Origin: Macrostomum lignano
Taxonomy: Eukaryota
Direction: 5' to 3'
Assembly: GCA_002269645.1 (NCBI GenBank)
Contig: NIVC01002050.1
Location: 62,001 to 126,000, forward strand
Length of the DNA stretch: 64,000 nucleotides
Below, piece by piece: positions 37,345-50,407 of this stretch (position 1 is its first letter; each line of letters begins with the position of its first letter). Under the pieces are notes generated by a model. That model did no database searches, was not told where the DNA came from, and saw only the letters and a list, made by a program, of their open reading frames with translations. A program made the translations under genes and the position numbers.

Positions 37345-38923
37345 GATAGAAGGTTGGTGGGCTACCCTCAAAGGGGCGCGGTACCCACCCGGCCGCTCCA
37401 CCTGACCGGGCAGTAGGCCAATAGCACCCTCAAGGCTGGCCCGACACCAGGAGGGGGACCGCTTGCGACCGGACTACTCCCCGGCCTTCCAGCCCATCGG
37501 CACGGTCAACACCTTAGGCATTAGAGAGTACGTTGAGCAGTACCACGGCCTGCAGGTTGGCGAGCCAGACCCGCATACCCAAATTCGGCCGAAGCCACTG
37601 GATAGGGTCGCCAGCGCCGGAGCCCAGTCTGTCCAGCAGCCCTAGGGACTGCCTTGAACACACGCGGGGACGAGTACCCTGGGTCGACTTGCGAGACAGC
37701 GTGGGGGGGGGGTCTGCGGCTGCCAGAGGCAAATAGAGGGTGCAGACCTCCCACCAGCCTTGACCTGCTGAAGATAGGGGCAGGCGTGAAGCATCGCAGA
37801 CCTTAGCCCATGGGCCTAGTCTGTCTCATACTTCACTGGCATGCTGAATACGCCTTCGCGTGCAAGTCCGGGGCGCGGCCCACCAAATTTATGGTTGTGC
37901 CTGTCTATAAATGAACAACATAAATAGTGATAATTTTATGAAATATCAATGTGGCGATATGCAGTTTTTCCACACGCACTGTCAATTGGGGGAATTAAGA
38001 TATTGAAATTTAAATTGATGGGCACACCCGTACTCATTTCATTTTCAATGCTGGAGCTAATAGTCCTTGATGTAAAAAATTCTATCTTCCAACCGACACA
38101 TTTTTTTAGGAATTAAAGTACTTAAATCAGTACTTCATTGGTTTTCATTTAGTAGACAGCTCCAAACAGTGTTGTCAGCAAAGTAACGCGTTCTGCTTAA
38201 TTATCAGCCAATGAACCCATGCGTGCACATCGTCGATTGTCAGTTGTACATAAAAACAAAGCTATTCATTTTAACACGAGTTTTAATTGAGAAAATTATT
38301 TTTGATACCTAATTTGGAGTGCTTATTTGGAGCAGCTTATTTGGAGGGCTTAAAGGTTTATAGCAAAAAATAGTTTTCCATAGACTACTTTTTTTTCCGG
38401 TGTGACAAACATTTCCATGAAACGTTGAGCCAGACATTAGTGTGTGTAGTAGTTTATCTACTAGGTAACTAGGTCATTCGTAGTCTTAATTCATTCTGTT
38501 TGTGTATGTATTTGCTAACTTCTGCATGTAGGTCTTATTTATTATTTGATAGAAAATTGTCATAAGTCTATATTCATTAAAAAAGAAGCTCTAAATGTTT
38601 CATTCGCTTCACTGCTGTATCTGTACCTGACCTGACAAACAAATGGAGTTTGACTGTTGTTAGAACTGCCTGACCTGACCTAGCCTAGACTAGACACCAA
38701 GACTAGGCCTGCAGGCCTGGATAGATTTTACAGAAGTTTTCACAGAAACCTAAATAGAAATTTTAGTTTAATGTTTTCAAGATAGTAGGCCTATACTATA
38801 GATATTATAATATATAAATAATGATGTAGCCTAAGCAAGGTTTCACAACTAAATAAGCTGCTATGTGTGCACATTTTTAATAAATATGCTCCCTGCAGCT
38901 ATCTTTTTCTGAACATTGAGGCT

Positions 38924-41900
38924 ATGGGGGCCCAAAGCACAAAACCAGAAAAACTTGACAGAAAAAATGCAGCACAAAATGCATTCACAAATTATGCATC
39001 AGGACAAAGCTTTTCTGATATAAGTCAAGGCAGCAGTTTTTTACGAAGCAATAGCATTAATGAAGGTAAGATGATAATTTCTTGATTTGTCAGTATAGGC
39101 CTAACCTATTGTTATCTTGAAAAAATAAAATTTAAAATTTAATATTCATAATTATATTTTAATATAATTTTTTGAAATTTTCCTTTTGTTATTGAGTGTA
39201 CTTATATAATAAAATTATGACAAATTTTCAATTTGAAAATCCAGGGTTTTTTTGTCCATAGGCCTAACTTAGGTGCAATTTTACACCCTGTGCTAGATTT
39301 CAGGGTGCAATTTTCAAGACCAAGATGCTATTCGCATTGCACCCATTTGTACAAAAAGTCCAGGCTGTCCATTATTCAATATTCAATTTATCAGGTTCTG
39401 CTTACCAAAATTTAATCAACAGTTAACAATTCCTTAAATTGCATTAATTAATGATTCAAAAAATTATTGGCTAATTCTAAGAATACAAAGTTACAGACTT
39501 AAGACATCTATTACACTAAATTTAAAATCCGCATCATATCCCTATTGGAATAAATGTTAAAAACCCGCGGATGCGCGCTTTAGAAAAGAGTCAAACTATT
39601 TTACCGCGCTTTAGGATTATTAGAGATGTTCCGAAAGATCTGCAGTTTCGTCGAAATAAAAATTCGCTAACTTTCCAAAATCAAAATTGAAATTTCCCGA
39701 AATCATAATTCAGAAAAACAAAGTTTAGTATGATCAACACTCACTTTTTTACTTTCAATTTACTGCTTAAGCAAAAAGTAATACATGTATATGTAGTAGA
39801 AAGTAGTTTATTTTTAGCAACTTTTTAGACACTACCAAAATTTTCACTTCTAAATTTTTTTTCGAAATTGAAATTCACTCTATAAAAAATTTCAAATTTT
39901 GGAAAATTGAAATTGAATTTTCGGAACATCTCTAAGCTTAATAAATTACGAGTGTATAAGCCCCTTCAACAGAGGTATTATACCCATTTCCATGTATATA
40001 TATTTGCTAGAGCAGCAGCCAGTAAGAAAGGGCAGCGCGCGCAGGCGCTGTGCCTGTGCGCGCGCTGCGCTTTAGAAAAATTTCAAAAGTGCGCCGGACA
40101 CCGTCCGCGGTTTTACAACTTTTTCCTATAGGGCATCATATCCTTGCAAAAAATTCTGGTGCACTTTTCACATCCCAAGTCAAATTTCAGGGTGCAATTT
40201 TTAAGACCAGAATACTATTCACACCTATTTGCACAAAAAACCCAGTGAAAATCTTCTTGCCTTTTATTTCTTATCTCCTAAAGTTTTTAAATAAAGTATT
40301 AGAAAAAATCTTAAATCTTGTTTTGACTCAAAGACAAGGGTTAAAAATTTTCAAAAAGTTTGAAATTTCTTAATCTTAGTATAAGAAAAAAAGTATAGAT
40401 CTCATGTCATGATACCTTTAAGTTTAATAGATATCATTGGGATATGCAATTACTAATAAAAATATAGAAAAAAATATCTTAGCGACTTATCTTAGGTTAT
40501 ATCATTATATAGATATATAATTTATTTCAGTTAATATTTTATTTATATTATAGTTGTAGTATTAGTCATTAAAAATGAAAAATCTTTTATGTCTTCTTTC
40601 AATTGTTGTTATTATATAATGACAATTTAATAATATATTATTGCTCAAGATCAGAGGCAAATTTAAATGTCTCTCTTGTAGCTAGCAATTATGGCATCTG
40701 TTGTGGCCACTGGCCAAATGAATGAAATCAATTCACTTAAGGCAAAGGAGAGCAGAGGAGAGGTGGCTCTCAGCCATAGTGAGCTAGCCAATATATATTA
40801 TGATGATAAGAGCGTGTAGATGTACATTGGTGCATGTACATTACATAATACCATTGAGCATGCACATTCATAATGTCATCCCCCCATGCAAAGAGGTGAC
40901 AGATTACGGGTGGAATAAGCAGGTGCATTAAAGCAAGCAATTTCAATGAAACAGTTTTTGGTGCATGAGCAGTCAGTTAGTCAAGCCAGTCAATTGTAAG
41001 TCACAATGTTGCCAAACAATTGAGGCGGTGCACGAAGTCTCTCAGAGCAGCGCAGCAGTGGCGTTGGCGGTGGCGCCTCTGGTTGCCCGCCGTCTGGCTG
41101 TTGCAGAGCCTCTGTGTCATCGGCCCCGTCACCCCAGCTGTGGTGGTCATCAAGGATGCAGCGGCTGCTGTGCCAGTAGCTGCCATCGGTCAGGGTGATT
41201 GTGTTGCCCTCGCGACTGACGACTGTCTGTGGCTCAGAGACGCTGCTGCTGAGCTTTCCGCGCCTCGGCTGGCAGATGCGGACGCGGCTCCCGACAGTCA
41301 GCGCTGCATCCTTCAGCGGCTGGTTCCGCTTGCGCATCCGGCGGCGGCTCTTGGCCTGCTGCTGTCGCTCCGTGATGCTGCGCCACAGCTCCTGGTCCGT
41401 CGTTGACTCGGTGCTTGCTGGTTGAAGACGATCGAGAGGCAGGCGGAGCTTCCGTCCCAGCTCAGTTCAGCCGGCGACTTCTTGGTCAGCGCGTGCTCAG
41501 ATGATCGATACGCTAGCAGCAGCTCCTGAACCGCCTGCTTCACTGGCACACCGTCGGCGAGTAGTGCGCGCAGTGACGTCTTGATGAAGCCGTTGAACCT
41601 CTCGACTCCGCCATTCTGTTGTGGACAGTAGAACAGAGTGCGACGGTGCTTGATGCCGAGCGAGCTGAGGAAGTCCGTGAACTCTGTTGACACAAACTGA
41701 GGTCCATTGTCCGTGGTAATTTCGTCTGGAAGCCCAGCGGACGAACAGGCTATGAAGGGCTTCGATACACGCAGCGGAAGTCACGGATGAGGATGCGATG
41801 ATCTCAGGCCACTTGGAGTAGAGATCGTGGACGACGATGAAAAATCGATGGGACTGAGGCACATTGGCTTCCGGCAGCTCTCCAACGATATCGACTTGAA

Positions 41901-44900
41901 GCTGTCGCCATGGACCCGCTGGTAGCTCCGTCGTTGACCATGGGACCTTGATCGGCTTGAACGCTTTCTCGGACAGGACGCAGGCACTGCAGTTCCGCAC
42001 GAAGGCCTCCACGTCGCTGTCGATGCGCGGCCACCAAACCGTATCGCGGCACCGCGCCTTGACCTTGGCGACGCCGAGATGTCCTTGATGCGCCTCTGCC
42101 AGCACAAGGTCGCGGAGGTCAGTCGAGATGACGGCTCGGCTGCCTCTCGCCAGGCAGCAACCATCGTTCCACAGGTAGAGTTCGTGTTGCACCTGGTGGA
42201 AGCCCTTCAGGTCGGCTGGAACCTTGGCTGGCCATCGGTTGATGAGGAACCCGATGACTCGCTGCAGTTGGTTGTCGCTCTTGGTTGCATCGGCCAGTTG
42301 AGTGACTGAGATCGGCTCGGCGCTTCTGGCCAGCACCAGGTTGATGTCGGACTCGCTCTGGTGCTGCTCATTGGACTCGTTGGCTGCGCTCTTGCCGTCG
42401 TAGCCGTAGCGAGACAGAAAGTCGGGCTGGACGTTGAGCTTGCCGGGGACGTACTCGATGTCGAAGTCGTAGACGAAGAGTCGCTCGCACCAGCGCTGAA
42501 GTCGAAGAGGTCGTTGGCCGACTCCTCGAGGTGACAGCAGTGTCATCAGCGCTTGATGGTCGGTGAGAAGCTTGAACTTGCGACCGTACAGCAGCAGGTG
42601 CCAATGCTCGCAGCTCCAGACGCAGGCCAAGGCCTCCTTCTCTGACGCAGAGTAGCGGCGCTCAGTGTCGGATAGGGCTCGCGAGGCGAAGGCGACTGGC
42701 CGCAGCTGTCCGTGCTCGTCGACTTGGCTCAGGGTCGCGCCCAGGCCGACGTCGCTGCTGTCGCAGGAGACGACGGTTTCGTGATCTTGGTCGAAGAACT
42801 TCAGGCACGGTGCTGATGAGATGAGCCGCTTCACCTCGCTGAAGGCTGCCTCGCATTTCGTGTCCCAGTTCCATGGCGCGTCCTTCGCAGGAGCGCTGTC
42901 AGCGGCTCGGCGACGTGAGACAGGTTCTTGATGTAGAACTGGAAGAACTTTGCAAAGCCGAGGAATGAAGCCAACTCTGCCGTATTTGTGGGTGCCTTGA
43001 GTTTCGATACGGACTCGGTGTGCGACTGGAGAGGTTGAATTCCCGCTGCGCTGACGCGGTGTCCGACGAACTCGATCTCCGACGCCTTGAAGGTGCACTT
43101 CTTGAGGTTGACGGTTACTCGATGCTGCAGCAGCTTGTCCAGTACCTGAAGTACGCGAATTTCGTGCTCGGCTTCCGTAGCGGCGTGAATGGCGATGTCG
43201 TCTTGATAGTTAGTGAACGACGCCTCTGATGCCTTGGAGGATCTTGCCGACGACCTTCTGGAAGGCCGCCGGAGCCGAGCTGATGCCGAACGGCATCCGT
43301 CTGAATTGGTAGAGGCCGGATTCGGTGTGGAAGCAGGTCAGGTTCTTGGCGTCATCATGCAGAGGCAGCTGTAGATACGACTGGTTGAGGTCGATCCCTG
43401 AGAAAAACTTCGAATTGTTGAATTCGGTCACCAGGTCGGCGAAGGTAGGCAGTGACATCGAGTCCGGGATGATCGCCTTGTTGACGCTTCGTAGATCAAC
43501 GCAGAGGCGCAGCTTCCCATCGGCCTTGCGGGCACAGGTGACGTTGGACTGCCAGTCGGGGATGTCGTAGCCATAGCCATAGTTTTAACAAAAAGTCTAG
43601 GAAACAAAATATTTTGAATCAAGAAGATAACCTAGTGCTTAAACAACTGCAAATAAAAAAAGAAAATAAAACAAACACTCAATTGCCTTTGTAAGATTAT
43701 ATTTAATCCTTTTTACAAAGAGTAACAATACTTAATCACTACTGAAATTACTATTAATTAATAACTATGGCTACAGGAATCTACCGAATGTGACAACAAC
43801 TACCATATTCCCATAGTCATAGCTGTGAGAGCAGCTATTTACCATAGACGTATCCATACAAGCGTAGTTGCTGTAGGCACCTGTTTTACCATACATGTAT
43901 TTGCCATAAGATCCTGTAGCCATAGCTACAGTGGAACACTAGGCTGATGTATTTTATGGTGGCTGGTGCCCTTCTTGTTTATATTATGGCATCCCTCATC
44001 TAGATACATAAATCATCTACATATTTTTTGTCCCTTGTGAATTGGCCACCCCAAAGGGGGCACTAGATTGTTAATAATACTTGCCTAAATTGCCATGTGA
44101 GGTAGAAAGTGAAGTTCAGTTCCTGTTTAAGTGTAGTTGGAACTTTATAGTGCTCCCTGTGATATATAGGAACCGGAAATCTCTGATAAAGTATAGAATT
44201 TTCAGAACCTTAATGCAGAAATATAAAGTTTGTTTAATTTCCTCAATAATAATTAATACCCTTGATTTCGGCCAATCACTGCTATTAATAGTCTGTTTTT
44301 TATTTTCACTGTACAGACGGCTCATCTGGTCAGCGTCCACCAACCTGGCAGTCGTTTCTTGGCTCGGAGCCACAACCAACTGGTCGCAATCTGCCTCTAC
44401 AACAACAGCAACAACAACAACAACAGCAGCAACAGCTACAACAACAGCAACAGCAGCAGTCTCTGGTAGTAGCCGTCTTAGACTTTGTGGCCACTCACGA
44501 GGGCCAGCTGTCAATCCGTCGGGGCCAGCAGCTCCGGCTGACTGCGCTGGGCGGGCCCGGCGATTGGTCAGAAGTTGAAAGTCCAGTTAGCCGTAAGCGA
44601 GGCTGGGTACCAACTAATTATGTAGTGCAGCTGAGTAATCTGCACCTGTTCACCTGGTACCATGGACAGGTATGTTATTAGTTGGTTAATAAAATCAGAA
44701 TAATCGTCACCGTTATAGCACGTAGCAATAAAAGGGACCATTCACCAACAGTATCGATATGAAAGCCCATTCACCAACAGTATCGATATGAAAGCCCATT
44801 CACCAACAGTATCGATAATGTCAAAGCCCATTCACCAACAGTATCGATATGAAAGCCCATTCACCAACAGTATCGATATGAAAGCCCATTCACCAACAGT

Positions 44901-47900
44901 ATCGATATGAAAGCCCATTCACCAACAGTATCGATATGAAAGCCCATTCACCAACAGTATCGATAATGTCAAAGCCCATTCACCAACAGTATCGATATGA
45001 AAGCCCATTCACCAACAGTATCGATATGAAAGCCCATTCACCAACAGTATCGATATGAAAGTCCATTCACCAACAGTATCGATAATGTCAAAGCCCATTT
45101 ACCAACAGTATCGATAATGTCAAAGCCCATTTACCAACAGTATCGATAATGTCAAAGTCCATTCGCCAACAGTATCGATATGAAAGCCCATTCACCAACA
45201 GTATCGATATGAAAGTCCATTCACCAACAGTATCGATAATGTCAAAGCCCATTCACCAACAGTATCGATATGAAAGCCCATTCACCAACAGTATCGATAT
45301 GAAAGCCCATTCACCAACAGTATCGATATGAAAGCCCATTCACCAACAGTATCGATATGAAAGTCCATTCACCAACAGTATCGATAATGTCAAAGCCCAT
45401 TCACCAACAGTATCGATAATGTCAAAGCCCATTCACCAACAGTATCGATAATGTCAAAGCCCATTCACCAACAGTATCGATAATGTCAAAGCCCATTCAC
45501 CAACAGTATCGATAATGTCAAAGCCCATTCACCAACAGTATCGATATGAAAGCCCATTCACCAACAGTATCGATAATGTCAAAGCCCATTCACCAACAGT
45601 ATCGATAATGTCAAAGCCCATTCACCAACAGTATCGATAATGTCAAAGCCCATTTTCCAACAGTATCGATAATGTCAAAGCCCATTTTCCAACAGTATCG
45701 ATAATGTCAAAGCCCATTTTCCAACAGTATCGATAATGTCAAAGCCCATTTTCCAACAGTATCGATAATGTCAAAGCCCATTTTCCAACAGTATCGATAA
45801 TGTCAAAGCCCATTTTCCAACAGTATCGATAATGTCAAAGCCCATTTTCCAACAGTATCGATAATGTCAAAGCCCATTCACCAACAGTATCGATAATGTC
45901 AAAGCCCATTCGCCAACAGTATCGATAATGTCAAAGCCCATTTTCCAACAGTATCGATAATGTCAAAGCCCATTTTCCAACAGTATCGATAATGTCAAAG
46001 CCCATTTTCCAACAGTATCGATAATGTCAAAGCCCATTCACCAACAGTATCGATAATGTCAAAGCCCATTCGCCAACAGTATCGATAATGTCAAAGCCCA
46101 TTTTCCAACAGTATCGATAATGTCAAAGCCCATTTTCCAACAGTATCGATAATGTCAAAGCCCATTCTCCAACAGTATCGATAATGTCAAAGCTAATTCA
46201 CCAACAGTAATAAAGTACAATCACTATCAATTTCAAAACAAATTTATTAACTCAGTGAACTTCTAAGAGCTTCTAGCCGCATTCACTGGAAATGTTACCC
46301 TCCCCTCCCCCCAGGTGAGCAGGCGCACCGCAGAGTACCTGCTCAGCTCGGGCATCAACGGCAGCTTCCTGGTGCGCGACAGCGAGTCCCAGCCCGGCCA
46401 GCTGAGCGTCAGCGTCCGCTGCAACGGGCGCGTATTTCACTATCGGATCAACCGCAACTCTGAGGGCGGCTATTTTGTTACGGCCGAGCATGCGTTCCCC
46501 AGCCTGTGCCAGTTGGTGCAGCACCACGCTGTACAAGCCGACGGCATCGTCTGCCTGCTGCTGTACCCGGCGCCGAAGCGATGGCGAGCCAATGCTTTGC
46601 AGGTAGAATTAAATTGTCCATCTATCATGATGCAAGCCCGAATCCTGGGCCCTCAGATCCTCAGACCCTCTGACATTGAGCTCTCAAGCCTATGATATCA
46701 GCATCATATTTTGAGCATTGGAATCTCTAGAATTCCCCTTTGCCCCCCTCCCCCTCAATCTTAGCGACTCCCCCTTGATCCTTGATATCTCAGCATTTCA
46801 CACTGATCAATAATGGCATCTCAGCTATCCCGTGTTTAGCCATGGTCTTCTATTGGTCTTTGTCCTCTGGTAGTCCAGATTTTTTCCTCAGGGAACAAGA
46901 CTTCCCCATTCATTATCGCTAGATGGGGGGGCAGGTGACCCCTTGACCTCCTCTGGATGGCAGTAAAGCAATAACCTCAAACGTCAGGGTTCACATCTGC
47001 TAGCTAAAACCTATTAGAAAAGACGAAGCCAGAGTTTGCCTAGGTATTTTTGGGGGAAAATTTCCCAATCACAGGGAGGGAGTTCACGCTCAATAAACCA
47101 GACCCCCCCCCCCAACCCTCTGCTTTGCCAGCCTGGCAGCGAAGACACCTGGGAGGTGGAGCGCACGGAGCTGGTGATGCAGCAGAAGCTGGGCGCTGGC
47201 CAATACGGCGACGTCTATCAGGCCGTGTGGAAACGGCGCGGCAACCTCACTGTGGCGGTGAAGACGGTCAAGGTAAGCCGACTGACTAGGCAGTCAAGTT
47301 TGCGTCACTTCAGGTGTTTTATGCTTTTCAAGGGCTAACAAAACAGGCTTTGGTGCAATTCAACAAGTTGAAGAGCTATTGCTGCTAAAGAAGATTTTCT
47401 GTTCTGTGCTGTTTTTCTTTTAGTCTCGTACAGAAGTATGAAAATGTGCTTATAATAATGGATCTAAGTTCGCCGCCACAATATCGTGAGGCAAAATGGA
47501 CCCAGCCCAGTTCTGGTCAAATTGTGCATTGAATTTCAGCTGCTTTGTACAGAAACTTGATATGCCGCGTTAGGCCTGTGAATTCTAATTACGAGCTAAC
47601 ATCGCTTTTTGCAATCAATTTTCCACTCGTATATAAAACCAGAAGATCTTGGCAAGTCCTAAAGTGTACTGTGTCTCCCCGTTTGTGTAAATGAATGATG
47701 AGTTACCGCGTTTCATCGCTAATCTTGGCATTTTGGCTTTGTTTAGGTTGAACCTCTGCCATCGGAGAGCAGACAACGTGTCAGTCAATCAAGTCTTTGT
47801 GGTCTTACTTAAGTTTACAGCTTATTGTCTGTAAACTGATCAAAGCCTCTCAGAAAAGCTTCTGCATTGAATGGTCTCAGTATAGCTTGGCCATAGACAA

Positions 47901-50407
47901 AATTCCGCTCATTTTTTCATGAAGTCCTCTGCTTACAGGGTGTGGAAAACTGATTGCGCTTTCTAGCCATTTTGGTTTGGGCCATAGACTACTTTGACTA
48001 GGCGAAGCCACATGGTCTCCGTGTCAACTTTTGAAAGCCCAAAGTTTAAAATTGACTGCAAGAAGCGATATATTATTGTTAAACTGGACTTTTTTACTAG
48101 AACTGTCTACTGCAATGTTATTCAAAAACCTCGTACAAGTTAGAATATTTATTAACATCTATGTTTTCACTCCATCAAATTTCAGGAGGACATGTCAACT
48201 AAAGTGAATGATTTTCTAGCCGAAGCTCACATTATGAAGCATCTGAGGCATCCTAATCTGCTGCAAATATTGGGTAAGTTAGCTTTAGATGCCCAGCTGT
48301 CTGTCTATGGTAGCAGTTAAACCCAGCTGACTGTCTATGGTAGCAGTTAAACCCAGCTGACTGTCTATGGTAGCAGTTAAACCCAGCTGACTGTCTATGG
48401 TAGCAGTTAAACCCAGCTGACTGTCTATGGTAGCAGTTCAGCCCAGCTGACTGTCTATGGTAGCAGTTCAGTCCAGCTGACTGTCTATGGTAGCAGTTAA
48501 ACCCAGCTGACTGTCTATGGTAGCAGTTAAACCCAGCTGACTGTCTATGGTAGCAGTTCAGTCCAGCTGACTGTCTATGGTAGCAGTTAAACCCAGCTGA
48601 CTGTCTATGGTGGCAGTTCAGCCCAGCTGACTGTCTATGGTAGCAGTTCAGTCCAGCTGACTCTCTGTGGTGGCAGCTCAGCCCAGCTGACTGTCTATGG
48701 TGGCAGTTCAGCCCAGCTGACTGACTGTCTATGGTAGCAGTTCAGCCCATCTATGGTAGCAGTTCAGTCCAGCTGACTGTCTGTGGTGGCAGTTTCGCCT
48801 AGCCAATGGCAGAGCTCCGTTCCCGTGCAATCCACAGGCGTGTGCAGCCGCGAGCCGCCATGCTACATCATCGCCGAGTTCATGCCGCACGGCAGCCTGC
48901 TAGACTTTCTGCGCAGCCAACGCAGCCAGCTGGCCCCATACGCCCTGCTGTACATGGCCACCCAGATCGCCGGCGGCATGTCCTACATGGAGTCCGAGTC
49001 CTACGTGCACAGAGACCTGGCCGCCAGGAACTGCCTAGTTGGCCAGGACTGCATTGTGAAGGTGGCGGACTTCGGCCTGACTCGCCGGCTGCAGGGTGCC
49101 AGTCCGTACGTGGCCAAGCGGGGCGCAAAGTTTCCCATTAAATGGACAGCGCCGGAGGGCCTGGCTTATAATCAGTTCACCAGCCGGTCGGATGTCTGGT
49201 CGTTTGGCGTGCTACTGTGGGAGATTGCCACTTTCGGTTGCTCTCCTTATCCCAGAGTTGAGCTCACTGACGTCTACCGGCTGCTGGAGAGTGGACACCG
49301 GATGCAGCGGCCCGCTGACTGTCCAGACAGCGTCTACCAGTTGATGCTGGCCTGCTGGCAGTGGCAGCCGGAGCAGCGGCCAGCGTTTGCTGAGCTGCAC
49401 ACCCGGCTGAAGGCCATCTGCGACAGCGCTGGAGCTGGTAAGGCTGCGGCTGGGGTTAGGGTTATGGACAGTGTCTGGAGCAGGTATAATAATAATACTT
49501 CTGCGACATAGTGTCGCATTCAGCTCTGGGGCGATTCCCAAGCGCGTCAATACTGTACGCAGGCACCACTCATGACTCAAATCGTCAGGCATGCACACTT
49601 TCTGTGTCTTAGGGCTCCGGTCCTCATGCCCCTCCCCACCAGGGACTGGGTATAAATATATAATAAACACCAACAAGTATGTCCATGGTTATTTTGCCTT
49701 TCACTCCACCCAGAACCGGACGATTCCGCTGTCAGACAGCAGCAGTACCAGCAGCAGTCGCAGGTGCAGGTAGTGCACGCTAACGGTGGTGGAGTGCTTG
49801 GCGCTGCCAGCTCCGTTGACTGCGAGTTCTTTCCTCCGGTGCAGCAGCCTCAGCAGCAACTTCAATTGCGGCACCCGTCAGGCATCCTTGCCAGTGCGTA
49901 GCAGCTCGCCTATTGAATTGTTTGAAGTCTGGCAAGCCTCAGTCTGAGTTAAAAAACCCACACGTCCATCCCGCAGCTCCGCCGCCTGCCTCCTCGCCGC
50001 TGCCGCCACCGTCCGGACGCTCGAAGCCGAGGCTGGGCACCGCCTCCTCTTCCTCCTCGTCATCGGCGCCTCAGCCCCCCAGGCGGGCTCCCATCGGCCC
50101 GTCCGGGTCCCGGGGCGGCGCGGCCTCGCCCGAAGGCAGCAGCGAGTCCAACACATCGTCGCGGGAGTCGCTCTGTGGCCATCGGCCAGCCGGCAGCGCT
50201 CCAAATGCTACTCACAGTAGCAATGGCGGTAGCAACTGCGCCAATCGGCCTGTCGGTGGCAGCAACGGTCGAGGTCGGGCGCTGGCCGCCTCTGTGGGGA
50301 CCCCGACGGCTGCTGCTGCCGTTTCTACGGCCGCTTCCGTAGACCCGAACCTGCTGGTGGTTCGCCTGCCGCCACCAGCTGGCCGGGGAGCCACCTGCGG
50401 CAATTAA
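38924..50407 (+). CDS. abl: Abl-family non-receptor tyrosine kinase (myristoylation signal, SH3, SH2, kinase, Pro/Ser-rich tail), 8 exons, ~740 aa
   Basis: Exons 38924-39065 (MGAQSTK), 44317-44669 (polyQ, SH3 [12 protein letters not shown]), 46315-46602 (SH2 [20 protein letters not shown]), 47132-47272 ([13 protein letters not shown]), 48186-48273, 48838-49437 ([28 protein letters not shown]), 49714-49893, 49977-50407; all phases match. The last two exons are less certain. Confidence 0.93.
39620..39935. mobile_element. hAT-like MITE in abl intron 1
   Basis: 17-bp TIR TTAGAGATGTTCCGAAA / TTTCGGAACATCTCTAA. It may be nested in an older element with imperfect inverted ends (AAAACCCGCGGA near 39560 / TCCGCGGTTTTA near 40105). 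Confidence 0.65.
40800..43567 (-). mobile_element. 5'-truncated, frameshifted Ty3/Gypsy LTR retrotransposon (RT, RNase H, integrase) in abl intron 1
   Basis: [34 protein letters not shown] (RT); [29 protein letters not shown] (RNase H); H..HLG...[21 protein letters not shown] (integrase). G-run at 40879-40885 followed by TG (possible PPT and short LTR remnant). Several frameshifts. Confidence 0.9.
44740..46205. repeat. 29/32-bp minisatellite filling abl intron 2
   Basis: AAAGCCCATTCACCAACAGTATCGAT(ATG/AATGTC), ~47 copies with a left-to-right variant gradient. Confidence 0.97.
48291..48790. repeat. 30-bp minisatellite filling abl intron 5
   Basis: Unit CCCAGCTGACTGTCTATGGTAGCAGTTAAA starting ~17 nt after the donor. 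Confidence 0.95.

Larger units (their letters stand above)
31958..37863 (-). mobile_element. Full-length Loa-like (R1/I group) non-LTR retrotransposon, 5.9 kb
   Basis: 11-bp target duplication AAGTCCGGGGC at 31947-31957 and 37864-37874; ~520-nt 5' UTR; ORF1; ORF2 with APE, RT, RNase H and a Cys/His motif; (AAGTC)n tail. Confidence 0.93.

Noticed and set aside
37680-37863. HDV-like ribozyme at the LINE 5' end
   Set aside because: P1-like pairing is present, but P3/L3/P1.1/J4-2 could not be fitted; kept only as a structured UTR
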